Assembly: GCA_950097015.1 (NCBI GenBank)
Contig: CATNEN010000034.1
Coordinates: 3,038,001 to 3,102,000, forward strand
Length of the DNA stretch: 64,000 nt
Direction of reading: 5' to 3'
Origin: Macrostomum hystrix
Taxonomy: Eukaryota > Animalia > Platyhelminthes
Shown: positions 10,901-22,650 of the stretch, one piece after another
Position numbering within the stretch: the first letter of the stretch is position 1
Layout: each line of letters opens with the position of its first letter
Program-made: the position numbers and the translations under genes
Notes under the pieces: generated by a model
Seen by the model: the letters and a program-made list of their open reading frames with translations, nothing else
Databases searched by the model: none
Told to the model about the DNA's origin: nothing

Positions 10901-12563
10901 CTATCTTGACGATGCCGATGTTTTGTGATTATGAAAGTTGTTAAATCTAATAGAGCGATGACTGTAGGCTCGATAAGCCGCTTCCAGTCCTAGCCAATCA
11001 GCCAGCAGCTCCCAGTGCTTGGCGCGGTTCCCGGGGCATCGAGACTGCAGCTGGGCCGCATTGATCAGCGAGTGCCCGAGCTCGTGCCCGATCACGTGAC
11101 CTAGGCCGCCGTAGTGAGCGAACCCCGGATACCCCGGGCGGTACTTGGGCGGCTGCAGCATGGCGGTGGGCACCAGGACAGCGCTTGACCCGTCCAGCAG
11201 GCCGATGGTGTAGGCGTTGGTTTCGAATGGGTCGACGAAGTCAAACTGCAGCTGCCCGCTGCCGATGAAGGCCGACAGCGACAGAGCCCGCTGTCTGGCC
11301 CGGATCTCCAGCGCCAGGCTTAGAGCCACCGCATCGACGTCAGCGCCTCGGCGGGACTGACGACGTAGTTGACGAAGCTCGCCAGCGGCCGGAGCGAGCA
11401 GGTCTGCCAGGCGATCCAGGCCGAGCTCGCCAAAGCCTAGGCGCAGTTTTGTCGAGCGCAGTCGGTCGGCCAAGCTTCGACGCTTATTCACTGACCCGTG
11501 TGCCTCAAGGTCGAGCGGCAGAGTCGCCATTGCCAAGCGGACATTGTTGGCTAGAGCTTCTGCTGAGCGAAGTCCGTCAGCAGAAATGTGGCGCTGTTGA
11601 TAATAGTGCAAAACAACTGGTCTAAGCAGCTCCGACACGAGCTGAACGCAATGGTTGCCAGGTTCGCTACGTCTAGGGCTAGCAAACTTCAAAAGCATTC
11701 TTTGCAGCTCCAGTACGGCGTCAAGAATGAAGAAGTTGATTGTGTCCTTCTTTGGGAGGCCGGCAAAGTATTTTATCAGCGCCAGTAGCCGTTGCGGATT
11801 CTGGTGCAGCACACTGACTGACTGGCCCTTGCTAGAGAATCCCTGGAGGTGTTCGATAAAAATTTTCCAGATAAAGGCGGCGACTGTTGCATTTTTCTCT
11901 GCCTCCTTCGGCGCCTCTGTGTCTGCGATAATCCGGGAAACTTTGCTGGCGATGTCGAGGGCGACCGCAGTCCTGTCTGCTGGAAATCCGGCCTGTCGAA
12001 GAAGCTGCAGACCTTCTTTAAGCTCACCAGCGTCGTCAACGTAGCCAAGGTAGAGCTAGACGGCGACAACAATGTCCACCTCCACGTAGAGTCGGAACAG
12101 GCCGGTGAAGCCGGGACTGGTGTGCGCCGCCAGCAGCCTCTCGAGACTCACGAGTCGCTTCGCGTCGGCCGCATCGCTGGTCTCGTCTAGCCAGCTCTGG
12201 CAGCCGCGCCGATCAACTGCGCGCCGGGATCTGCTGATTCGTCCAGCTTGGCGAAATCTGTCATCAGGCTGAACAGCCGAGCCTCGATCTGCGCAGTCAG
12301 CGTCAAGCTGCTGTCCGTGAAGGCCGCTCCAGCGACTTGCCCGGCGGAGTCCTCAGATGCGCCGCCGGAGGCAAAGTCATAGAAGTCTGCGTAGGGCGAT
12401 GCGGAGCGGTTCATTCTGAGCAGCATGAGCCGGAGTCCGGAGTGCCGATTTCGATAGCTGACGACCCCGGCCAACTCGACAGCAGCAGCAGCAGCATCCT
12501 CAGCTTGAGCAGCAGAATTTTTACGAGTCTTGAAAGTGCGAGCAAAAATAGTTGTTCGCTCAT
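10901..12563 (-). pseudogene. M13 (neprilysin-like) zinc metallopeptidase, disabled
   Basis: Hydrophobic N-terminus from ATG 12563. MNRSASPYADFYDFASGG resembles the M13 DPCxDFYxFACG motif. NAYT...LVPTAMLQPPKY...YGGLGHVIGHELGH and ELLADWLGLEAAYRAY match the M13 catalytic domain. Two apparent frameshifts (~12440, ~12200) and an in-frame TAG at 12058-12056. Confidence 0.7.
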
Positions 12564-13019
12564 CTCACTTGTCCCGTGGGTCCCAATCGAACTTCCCTTT
12601 TTATAAGAAGCGATTACTGGTTTGGGAAAAAAATCCTTTCTTTGCTTTCCCGAATTTGACGCACAGTTCTCAAAGAACTCGCTTTAATTGTCGACTAAAA
12701 ATATAAATTAGCCCCGAATAAACCAAATTTGCTTGTCTTGGAGCTTGAATCATCCTTTGAAGTAGCTGTGTAGCTGCCACATGCGTCACTGTCCTAGATG
12801 GGACCTTTTTGTAGTTAAATACTTATTTACGGAACAATTTAAAATCTTTGATATCATCCGCGTCAGAACTACAATCTTTGAAAAAATATCACATTTTTGT
12901 CCAACTCATTTCAGTCTGCAAGATTGTATTTACCAATATTACGACTTACTGGTGGTACAGTCAGGCAGGGTTTTTTATCTTTACAGGAAATATATTATGA
13001 CAGATTTCTTAAAAAACGT

Positions 13020-14290
13020 TATTGGAAATCGATGTCCACAGATTTCTTAGAAAACTTTTTTTAGGAAAAGATGTCCTCAGATTTCTTAGAAAACGTCATT
13101 GGGAATCGATGTCCACAGATTTCTTAGAAAACTTTTGGGAAAAGATGTCCTCAGATTTCTTAGAAAATGTTATTGGGAATCGATGTCCACAGATTTCTTA
13201 GAAAATTTTATTGGGAATCGATGTCCACAGATTTCTTAGAAAACGTTATTGGGAATAGATGTTCTCAGATTTCTTAGAAACCGCTTTTGGGAATAGATGT
13301 CCACATATTTCTTAGAAAACGCTTTTGGGAATAGATGTCCTCAGATTCCTTAGAAAACTTTTTTAGGAAAAGATGTCCACAGATTTCTTAGAAAAATTTT
13401 GGGAAAAGATGTCCTCAGATTTCTTAGAAAACGTTATTGGGAATCGATGTCCACAGATTTCTTAGAAAACGCTTTTGGGAATAGATGTCCTCAGATTTCT
13501 TAGAAACCGCTTTTGGGAATCGATGTCCACAGATTTCTTGGAAAACGCTTTTGGGAATAAATGTCCACAGATTTCTTAGAAAACTTTTTTGAGAATAGAT
13601 GTCCGTGGATTTCTTAGAAACCGTTATTGGGAATAGATGTCCACAGATTTCTTAGAAAAATTTTGGGAAAAGTTGTCCTCAGATTTCTTAGAAAACGTCA
13701 TTGGGAATCGATGTCCACAGATTTCTTAGAAAACGCTTTTGGGAATAGATGTCCTCAGATTTCTTAGAAACCGCTTTTGGGAATCGATGTCCACAGATTT
13801 CTTGGAAAACGCTTTTGGGAATAAATGTCCACAGATTTCTTAGAAAACTTTTTTGAGAATAGATGTCCGTGGATTTCTTAGAAACCGCTTTTGGGAATCG
13901 ATGTCCACAGATTTCTTAGAAAACGCTTTTGGGAATAGATGTCCTCAGATTTCTTAGAAACCGCTTTTGGGAATCGATGTCCACAGATTTTTTGGAAAAC
14001 GCTTTTGGGAATAGATGTCCTCAGATTTCTTGGAAAACGCTTTTGGGAATAGATGTCCGTGGATTTCTTAGAAACCGTTATTGGGAATAGATGTCCACAG
14101 ATTTCTTAGAAAACGTTATTGGGAATAGATGTCCTCAGATTTCTCAGAAAACGTTATTGGGAAAAGATGTCCTCAGATTTCTTAGAAAATGTTATTGGCA
14201 ATAGATGTCCACGGATTTCTTAGAAAACGTTATTGGGAATCGATGTCCACAGATTTCTTAGAAAACGTTATTGGGAATAGATGTCCACGG
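13020..14290. repeat. About 38-bp minisatellite GATGTCCACAGATTTCTTAGAAAACGTTATTGGGAATC
   Basis: Unit starts at 13031, 13070, 13108, 13144, 13182, 13220 and onward. Confidence 0.95.
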
Positions 14291-14690
14291 ATTTCTTAGA
14301 ATTATAGGTTTGCAATCGATTATCACAGTTTTTTTTAGAAAATCCTCGCTGTTAATGGTTGCACACAGAGAGGAGTCAGCGGCAGAGCGGTTAACGCGTT
14401 TGCCTCTCGCACCAATGTCCCTAAGTTCGATTCCATGGCGAGGCCACATTTATTTGGGGCGCAGCCGCGGAGAGAAGGCTTAGCGAATTGTTGCGCCCTT
14501 TACGCCCTTTTCGCCCTTGAGGGCCAAACTCCAAGGCACAGTAAGGGTGTACACTGCCTGACGATGAGAAAGTCAGGGCAGATGTACACACCTGTGTGAG
14601 CGTGTGCCTGCTTACGGTGTCTGTGTGCGTGTGTGCTCAGGAGTCAGCGAAATGGGCAGAATTGCCTCCTCGCTGGCTGTTGGTTTAGTG

Positions 14691-15285
14691 CAGGGGTAGG
14701 CAAACTTATTTGCTGGCGGGCCAAAGAGAGAACCTAAAAAACGATCGCGGGCCGCATTGACTGTATAAATATGAGATAGGGGAGAGATGAGACACGGGAG
14801 AGATGAGACACGGGAGAGATTAGACACGGGAGAGATAAGACAGGGGAGAGATTAGACACGGGAGAGATAAGACAGGAGAGAGATTAGACACGGGAGAGAT
14901 AAGACAGGGGAGAGATTAGACACGGGAGAGATTAGACACGGGAGAGATAAGACAGGGGAGAGATTAGACACGGGAGAGATGAGACACAGGAGAGATAAGA
15001 CAGGGGAGAGATTAGACACGGGAGAGATGAGACACAGGAGAGATTAGACACGGGAGAGATTAGACACGGGAGAGATAAGACACGGGAGAGATAAGACACG
15101 AGAGCGATGAGACACGGGAGAGATTAGACACAAGAGCGATGAGACACAGGAGAGATTAGACACGGGAGAGATTAGACACGAGAGAGATGAAACAGGACAC
15201 TGTAGATGTCAGAAGGGGCAACGGGCCGGATTTAAGAGCTTCGAGGGCCGCATCTGGTCCGCGGGCCGGAGTTTGCCGACCCCTG
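14691..15285. mobile_element. Non-autonomous hAT (Charlie/MER58-like) MITE
   Basis: 15-bp TIRs CAGGGGTAGGCAAAC and GTTTGCCGACCCCTG (1 mismatch); 8-bp TSD GTTTAGTG (14683-14690) and GTCTAGTG (15286-15293); subterminal GCGGGCCG motifs. Confidence 0.85.
14775..15195. repeat. 17-bp GA-rich minisatellite GAGAGATTAGACACGG(G) inside the MITE
   Basis: Direct tandem repeats. Confidence 0.9.
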
Positions 15286-15834
15286 GTCTAGTGTCATCCA
15301 ATGATGCCATTGCCCACAGCCCGCTGGCAACAACACTTAAGAATAGTTGCTTAAATACGAGCTATTCACACGCTCGTATATTAAGTAGCACTCGTCGCCA
15401 TACGTTATTATTTCAAATATCAAACAGCAAGTTATATACTATTATTTTACTAGCATTGTAGAAAAATGATCAGCGAGTAATTTCCTTCTGAAAAATATAT
15501 GCTTTTCATATTCTTCCTGTACATGGCTACTTCTATAATAGTAGCGTGCTTCGAATCAGGCAGTTTTTGACTTCCTCAGGTAGGACAAATCCCTGCCGGT
15601 GTTCCGATCGCGATGGTGACGTCACAAAATTATAGCAATTGCCGCTCGCCAGCAATTGAGCATGAAATCGTCGGTTGAATTGCTTTACCTGGGGCAATTT
15701 ATATGGGAGCTACTGCGTCAGGGCGAAATAAAGTTGCCAAAAACTGAAATTTCTTCTGTGTTTTGGTCAGCTTGAACTAAAAATATTCATCAACTGCGAA
15801 TTGGAGCATTTTCAGCTTACCCGCAATGTTTTTT

Positions 15835-16188
15835 CCGAAAGCTGTTAGACATTATTCCACGCACCTGTTCCAAAAGCTGTTGAAAATTGTTACTCGCACC
15901 TGTTCCAAAAGCTGTTAGACATTGTACTACGCAATTGTTTCAAAAGCTGTTAGGCATTATACTACGCACTTGTTCCAAAAGCTGTTAGACATTGTTCTAC
16001 GCACTTGTTCCAAAAGCTGTTAGGCATTATACTACGCACTTGTTCCAAAAGCTGTTAGACATTGTTCTACGCACTTGTTCCAAAAGCTGTTAGGCATTAT
16101 ACTACGCACTTGTTCCAAAAGCTGTTAGACATTGTTCTACGCACTTGTTCCAAAAGCTGTTAGGCATTATACTACGCAATTGTTCCAA
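15835..16188. repeat. 35-bp minisatellite ACGCACTTGTTCCAAAAGCTGTTAGACATTGTTCT (two alternating variants)
   Basis: Unit starts at 15964, 15999, 16034. Confidence 0.9.
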
Positions 16189-16641
16189 TACGCAATCGCA
16201 ATTGGTCAAAAAAGCACAAACAAAGGAAATCGAAGCCTAACACGCCTACAGGGCGAGGTCAGCAACTAGCTGTGTCAGGGCTGTCAGCGGTTTCAATGCT
16301 TGGTCGGCTCGCACGAGATGAGATGAAGGCGGGCAATGAGCAGGCTTCTCGAGTTTCGATCTAAAGCACACAGATAGACAAAAGACATGGTTCGGCACGT
16401 CAATTTGACTCCGCGTCTTGTTGAGACGGGAAAAGAAATTTGAGAAGAGATCGAGCTCTCACTCACTAATGACCGCACGGATAGTGTTCGAGAGTAAAAC
16501 AGGCAGTAAAGAAATTATGCATTTTGACAAGCTGGCTGATGAGCATGAAATCAGAATCAAAGCGATCTCAATTTTGCAAGGATGTGCTCATGCACCAATT
16601 GGAAGCTCACAAGAGCAGGAAAGCCTTTAATTGACGCTGAA

Positions 16642-18500
16642 TTGTAACTGCCGACAGTTCTACTGACACTGTAACTGCTGAGAGTTCTACTGACACTGTA
16701 ACTGCTGACAGTTCTACTGACACTGTAACTGCTGACAGTTCTACTGACACTGTAACTGCCGACAGTTCTACTGACACTGTAACTGCCGACAGTTCTACTG
16801 ACACTGTAACTGCTGACAGTTCTACTGACACTGTAACTGCTGAGAGTTCTACTGACACTGTAACTGCTGACAGTTCTACTGACACTGTAACTGCTGACAG
16901 TTCTACTGACACTGTAACTGCTGACAGTTCTACTGACACTGTAACTGCTGACAGTTCTACTGACACTGTAACTGCCGACAGTTCTACTGACACTGTAACT
17001 GCTGACAGTTCTACTTGACACTGTAACTTGTGACAGTTCTACTTGACACTGTAACTGCTGACAGTTCTACTTGACACTGTAACTGCTGACAGTTCTACTT
17101 GACACTGTAACTGCCGACAGTTCTACTGACACTGTAACTGCTGACAGTTCTACTGACACTGTAACTGCCGACAGTTCTACTGACACTGTAAATGCTGACA
17201 GTTCTACTGACACTGTAACTGCTGACAGTTCTACTGACACTGTAACTGCTGAGAGTTCTACTGACACTGTAACTGCCGACAGTTCTACTGACACTGTAAC
17301 TGCTGACAGTTCTACTGACACTGTAACTGCCGACAATTCTACTGACACTGTAACTGCTGACAGTTCTACTGACACTGTAACTGCTGAGAGTTCTACTGAC
17401 ACTGTAACTTGTGACAGTTCTACTTGACACTGTAACTGCTGACAGTTCTACTGACACTGTAACTGCTGACAGTTCTACTGACACTGTAACTGCTGACAGT
17501 TCTACTTGACACTGTAACTGCTGACAGTTCTACTGACACTGTAACTGCTGACAGTTCTACTGACACTGTAACTGCTGAGAGTTCTACTGACACTGTAACT
17601 GCTGACAGTTCTACTGACACTGTAACTGCTGACAGTTCTACTTGACACTGTAACTGCTGACAGTTCTACTGACACTGTAACTGCTGAGAGTTCTACTTGA
17701 CACTGTAACTGCTGACAGTTCTACTTGACACTGTAACTGCTGACAGTTCTACTTGACACTGTAACTGCTGACAGTTCTACTTGACACTGTAACTGCTGAC
17801 AGTTCTACTTGACACTGTAACTGCTGACAGTTCTACTTGACACTGTAACTGCTGACAGTTCTACTTGACACTGTAACTGCTGACAGTTCTACTTGACACT
17901 GTAACTGCTGACAGTTCTACTTGACACTGTAACTTGTGACAGTTCTACTTGACACTGTAACTGCTGACAGTTCTACTTGACACTGTAACTGCTGACAGTT
18001 CTACTTGACACTGTAACTTGTGACAGTTCTACTTGACACTGTAACTGCTGACAGTTCTACTTGACACTTTAACTGCTGACAGTTCTACTGACACTGTAAC
18101 TGCTGACAGTTCTACTTGACGCTGTAACTGCTGACAGTTCTACTTGACACTGTAACTTGTGACAGTTCTACTTGACACTGTAACTGCTGACAGTTCTACT
18201 TGACACTGTAACTGCTGACAGTTCTACTTGACACTGTAACTGCTGACAGTTCTACTTGACACTGTAACTGCTGACAGTTCTACTTGACACTGTAACTGCT
18301 GACAGCTCTACTGACACTGTAACTGCTGACAGTTCTACTTGACACTGTAACTGCTGACAGTTCTACTTGACACTGTAACTGCTGACAGTTCTATTTGACA
18401 CTGTAACTTGTGACAGTTCTACTTGACACTGTAACTTGTGACAGTTCTACTTGACACTGTAACTTGTGACAGTTCTACTTGACACTGTAACTACTGACAA
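16642..18500. repeat. 21/22-bp minisatellite GACACTGTAACTGCTGACAGTTCTACT(T)
   Basis: Long tandem array; source of the VSVELSAVT and SRTVSSYSV ORFs. Confidence 0.97.
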
Positions 18501-19180
18501 CACTGCTAACACTGACATGACACTGTTGACATTAGCTACCCAGTTTACTACTCAGCAAGAGAATGCGATCATCGAGTAGCTAATTATACTCATGACTGCA
18601 CGGAAGCCAACTGAAGTTTGACAAGTTGAGCCAAGAAAAAGACGGACAAAGCGGAACTGCAGCTTTGTGCAGCCAGCCAGATCACAGCTGGCTAATTTCT
18701 GTGCTCATCAATTCTATTCCTGTAATGTGGGGGTGATCAGGTGACATAGCGGATTACTGAGTCCGTAATTAACAAGTTCAGCAGATTCCCTCTACTAGGC
18801 ACTGCGATCGCGCATTGTCGATGGAGCGGGTAGGCCCCATCCGAATAGTAAAGCAGGGCTGATCGAATAACTCAAAACTCGCTCGTTTTCCAGCCACAAA
18901 AATCTCAATTTTGTAAAGCAGACCGGAGGAAGAAAACTGAGAAGGGGGGAATCGGAGTGAAAATGACTAGGCCTAAATAGGACTCCAATATGCCAGGCAG
19001 GCATCCCTTAAGTCGGGTTAGCGGTCGGGTTGGGGGGGAGCCAATAGGCCCATAGTAGCTTTGAGCATGAAGCCGTATCACTTACTAAGAAGGATCGGCT
19101 TTCACAGAAGAGTTGGGTGACGCAGACATCGCGCATGTCGCTGGGAACTGGAGAACCCAGGCAGGGGCGGGGCCCACCCG

Positions 19181-19214
<34 letters not shown>

Positions 19215-19524
19215 GAATCGGGTTGGCTCAGAGACAACAGTGGGTTTCAGTAGACCAAGGAAAGCCGTGGTCTGACTGGTCCCTGACTGGTCAGAAATCG
19301 TTGCTTTTAAAAGGCGACCCTTATAATTGCATTTGTAAGATACGACCAATAACAAAAAAATTGCTCATTTTTTTCTATTTAAAAAACTACCAGAGGCATT
19401 ACAAACGTATAAAGAAATAGATCATTGACCTGCATTGATTGTAAATCTCAGGTGAGTTTTGTAAACCTCTGTCAAAACCTGCTTTCGATATCACCTTCCG
19501 AGCTTCTATCTACCCTAACGCTTT

Positions 19525-20291
19525 TTCAAGGGATCTATCCACACCGCTTCTTCAAGGGATCTATCCACACCACTTCTTCAAGGGATCTATCCACACCGCT
19601 TCTTCAAGGGGTCTATCCACACCGCTTCTTCAAGGGATCTATCCACACCGCTTCTTCAAGGGATCTATCCACACCACTTCTTCAAGGGATCTATCCACAC
19701 CGCTTCTTCAAGGGATCTATCCACACCACTTCTTCAAGGGATCTATCCACACCGCTTCTTCATGGGATCTATCGACACCACTTCTTCAAGGGATCTATCC
19801 ACACCGCTTCTTCATGGGATCTATCCACACCGCTTCTTCATGGGATCTATCCACACCGCTTCTTCATGGGATCTATCCACACCGCTTCTTCATGGGATCT
19901 CTCCACACCGCTTCTTCATGGGATCTATCAACACCACTTCTTCAAGGGATCTATCCACACCACTTCTTCATGGGATCTATCCACACCGCTTCTTCATGGG
20001 GTCTGTCCACACCATTTCTTCAAGGGATCTATCCACACCGCTTCTTCATGGGGTCTATCCACACCATTTCTTCAAGGGATCTATCCACACCGCTTCTTCA
20101 TGGGATCTATCCACACCGCTTCTTCATGGGATCTATCCACACCGCTTCTTCATGGGATCTGTCCACACCACTTCTTCAAGGGATCTATCCACAACACTTT
20201 TTCTCAGGTTCTATCCACACCGCTTCTTCATGGGATCTATCCACACTGCTTCTTCGTGGGTTCTACCCCCCATGGGTTCTACCCCCACCGC
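19525..20291. repeat. 26-bp minisatellite GGGATCTATCCACACCGCTTCTTCA(A/T), left part
   Basis: Tandem units; the array continues at 23237 after the non-LTR insertion. Confidence 0.92.
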
Positions 20292-20397
20292 TTTTTTGAC
20301 TTAGCTGCAGGGTGGTCCATGGACGCAGCGGGGAGGCGAGGATCGCCCATACCGCTAACCCCTGTAGGCCCGCAGACAGGCAAGGGCGCGGGGCCGG

Positions 20398-21556
20398 TCA
20401 GGGTGGTCCGCCGGTCCGTCCTGCAGCGTTGTCTTCCGTAGGGAAGAACGTGGCTCGTCTTGTTGCCCGGAGGAACTGGACGAGCCGTGGAATGCTGTCG
20501 GGCTGGCAGATCTCGTCCATAGACGGGTTGGGCCCGAGGTAGCGTAGCCGGTCTCTGTTAAAGAAAGGGCAGTGACACACAAAGTGCTCAGCATCTTCGT
20601 TGTCGTACTCAGAATGGGCAGAGTTCACTCTCAAGGTCGCCCCGGAGGAAACAGTGCCTAGCGAGGTAGCCGTGGCCCGTGAGGGTCATGGCGAGGGCGC
20701 GGATATCCTTCCGGTTTTGGTTCAAAAGGATGTTCCTAAGCCTGCGATACGGGCGCGGAACTGCGGCACGGGATTGCCGACAGTTCTGGGTGCCCGCCCA
20801 TCTGTCCCTGTGGAGGGACTCAGCCCAGTCATCAATGAGGCGGTTGATGACTGTGATGGGGATCGGGACCAGGGAAGCAGGTCCCAGGAGAGAGCCAGAG
20901 CCACCTTGCTGGGCAAGGGTATCCGCTCGTTCCCTGGGAAGCCCGCATGCCCTGGGATCCAGCTCAGCCTGACCGTGTTGTTACGGGCCAGGAGGTATAG
21001 TTGCCGGGCACAGTCAGCGACTGTCCGGGAGCACGTGGTGGTGCGGCAAAGGGTTTGTAAGGCCGCTTGGCTGTCAGAGTGGATGATGATAGTCTCTCCT
21101 CTCGTATTCCTGGCATTCAGCTCTGCGGCACAGGAGCTGATGGCAAGGATTTCATTCTGGAAGACCGTAGAAAGTCTCCCAGTATGTTGGGCATGCGTGG
21201 CGACGACCCGGCCGTTGATCAGGATGCAGACCCCAAAACCGGCAAGGCCGTCTTTAAGGGATCCGTCCGTAACTGCCCAGGCTCGCCTCGTCGGTCAGGT
21301 CAACGTGGATGGCGCGATCCGCCTGGTGAGTGCTAGCCTCAAACCAGTCAGTCGGCGCCTCTCCTCGTCGCTCCTGCCCCACTGGCTGCTTCGGTGGAGC
21401 GTTCGGTGTGTGGACCCGCTCGAGGTGCGCCCTGAGAGTCCTGGCTTGTTCCAGCGCTCGCTGGACCAGCCCAGATCTCCGGGTGGACCTGGCAGGCCTC
21501 CGGTCGCGAGGTCCGGATTCGGCAGCGTGAGCTGCTTTACCGGGGTGGGGATCCAC
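20398..21556 (-). pseudogene. ORF2 remnant: linker, RNase H, CCHC zinc finger
   Basis: TDGS...STVFQNEILAI...IIIHSDSQAAL...VRLSWIPGHAGFPGNE, then LTGHGYLARH and LCPF(C)EYDNEDAEHFVCHCP. Three small-deletion frameshifts (before TDGS, after GNE, within the CxxC). Confidence 0.85.
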
Positions 21557-22650
21557 CGTTTGCCTCTGCTTCTTCGCCAGAGGAGCTTGCGCCCCGGATC
21601 CGACTCAGGAGCTTTGGCTTTTTTGGCTTCGCCAGCTTTCCGCTCCTCGCAGCGGAGGATGGTCAGCTGAGTTAGACCAAGGTGAATGATGGACTTTGGC
21701 GGCAAGCGCTTGGTCCACGCATCCGAGTGCCCCAGGATCACCGTGAACCCCGTCTCCTTGCGGGAGGAGGCATGGTGAAGGAGCCCGTTGGCCTCAAGGT
21801 CGGGGTGCAGCTTCAGCAGAATCTGCCTAAGCTGATCCCCAGATTTGATGGCACTGCCATTCGGAATCCAAACGCGGAAGCGCTCGGTCTTAAGGCATTG
21901 GCCTTCGCTGGCGAAGGTGAGCTTGCCGAGCTTCTTAGGCCACTTTAGCTGTGGCAGAAGTTCGCGTAGGGCTCGGCTGCTTTCCTCCGAGTTGCACCAG
22001 ATGAAAATGCAGCCGTCCGTTTTGGCCGATTTGACCACGCTCACCGGGCGGCCTGCCAGGAGCTGGTCAATGAGCGCAGCGTCGATGATGCGCCAGGCAC
22101 TGTCGAGCTGCTCGGCCGTGAGGTCTTGCTCTTCCCCAAAAACGATGACCGCAGGTTGGAGCATGGCACTGGCCTTGGAGGCGTAGGACTCCTTGGCCTT
22201 GGTAGATGGTTGGCTGGCCGGGGCCTCGCTGGCCATCGTTGCATGTGTGGTGGCTCCAGATGGCCCAGCCTCGTTGCCGGTGTTTGTGTTGCTGGTGGGC
22301 TCGGCGGGTGGTGACCCAGCGGAGGCAGTTTCCCGAGGGGATGAGGTGGCGGTGCCTCCTTTCGGCCCAACCGCACCTTCGCCCACTTGAGGCACCACCT
22401 CCGCGGATTGCCGAACCGCGGCCTCCCTTTCACGCTGCCGCCGACGCCGCTCATTGCGGCGTTGGTTACGGCCGTGACGGGCTTCCTTGGACCGGATGCC
22501 TAGACGTCCGGGGACAGATCTCCCGTCAGACAGGGCGGCAGCGGGTCCGGTAGCCTCCGATGGGGCGACGTTGGCGCTGTTGGTAGCGGCCGGAGCAATC
22601 GGGGGGTTCCCGGGTTCAATTTCTTTATAAGAGTGGGCAAAAGAAGCCAT
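21295..22650 (-). CDS. Retrotransposon ORF1 protein (451 aa; C-terminal half resembles the DUF4780-type domain of LOA-like ORF1s)
   Basis: Open from ATG 22650 with a basic, low-complexity N-terminus. The domain IFIWC...LKWP...FRVWIP...ILLKLHPDL is recalled similarity, not searched. Confidence 0.72.
   Translation of the reverse strand: MASFAHSYKEIEPGNPPIAPAATNSANVAPSEATGPAAALSDGRSVPGRLGIRSKEARHGRNQRRNERRRRQREREAAVRQSAEVVPQVGEGAVGPKGGTATSSPRETASAGSPPAEPTSNTNTGNEAGPSGATTHATMASEAPASQPSTKAKESYASKASAMLQPAVIVFGEEQDLTAEQLDSAWRIIDAALIDQLLAGRPVSVVKSAKTDGCIFIWCNSEESSRALRELLPQLKWPKKLGKLTFASEGQCLKTERFRVWIPNGSAIKSGDQLRQILLKLHPDLEANGLLHHASSRKETGFTVILGHSDAWTKRLPPKSIIHLGLTQLTILRCEERKAGEAKKAKAPESDPGRKLLWRRSRGKRWIPTPVKQLTLPNPDLATGGLPGPPGDLGWSSERWNKPGLSGRTSSGSTHRTLHRSSQWGRSDEERRRLTGLRLALTRRIAPSTLT

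Larger units (their letters stand above)
14370..15330 (+). mobile_element. tRNA-derived SINE, family 2, copy A (interrupted by a hAT MITE)
   Basis: A-box-like GGCAGAGCGG, B-box GTTCGATTCC. The body GGGGCGCAGCCGCGGAGAG...GTGTACACTGCCTGACGATGAG is shared with 29555-29875 and 40055-40230. Confidence 0.72.

Noticed and set aside
16525-16580. Hammerhead-like CTGATGA...GAAA
   Set aside because: No stem II and only a 3-bp stem I; the surrounding sequence looks like degenerate coding DNA.
20600-21670. 356-aa plus-strand ORF
   Set aside because: Antisense to the retroposon ORFs with no motif; expected from GC-rich codon usage on the opposite strand.
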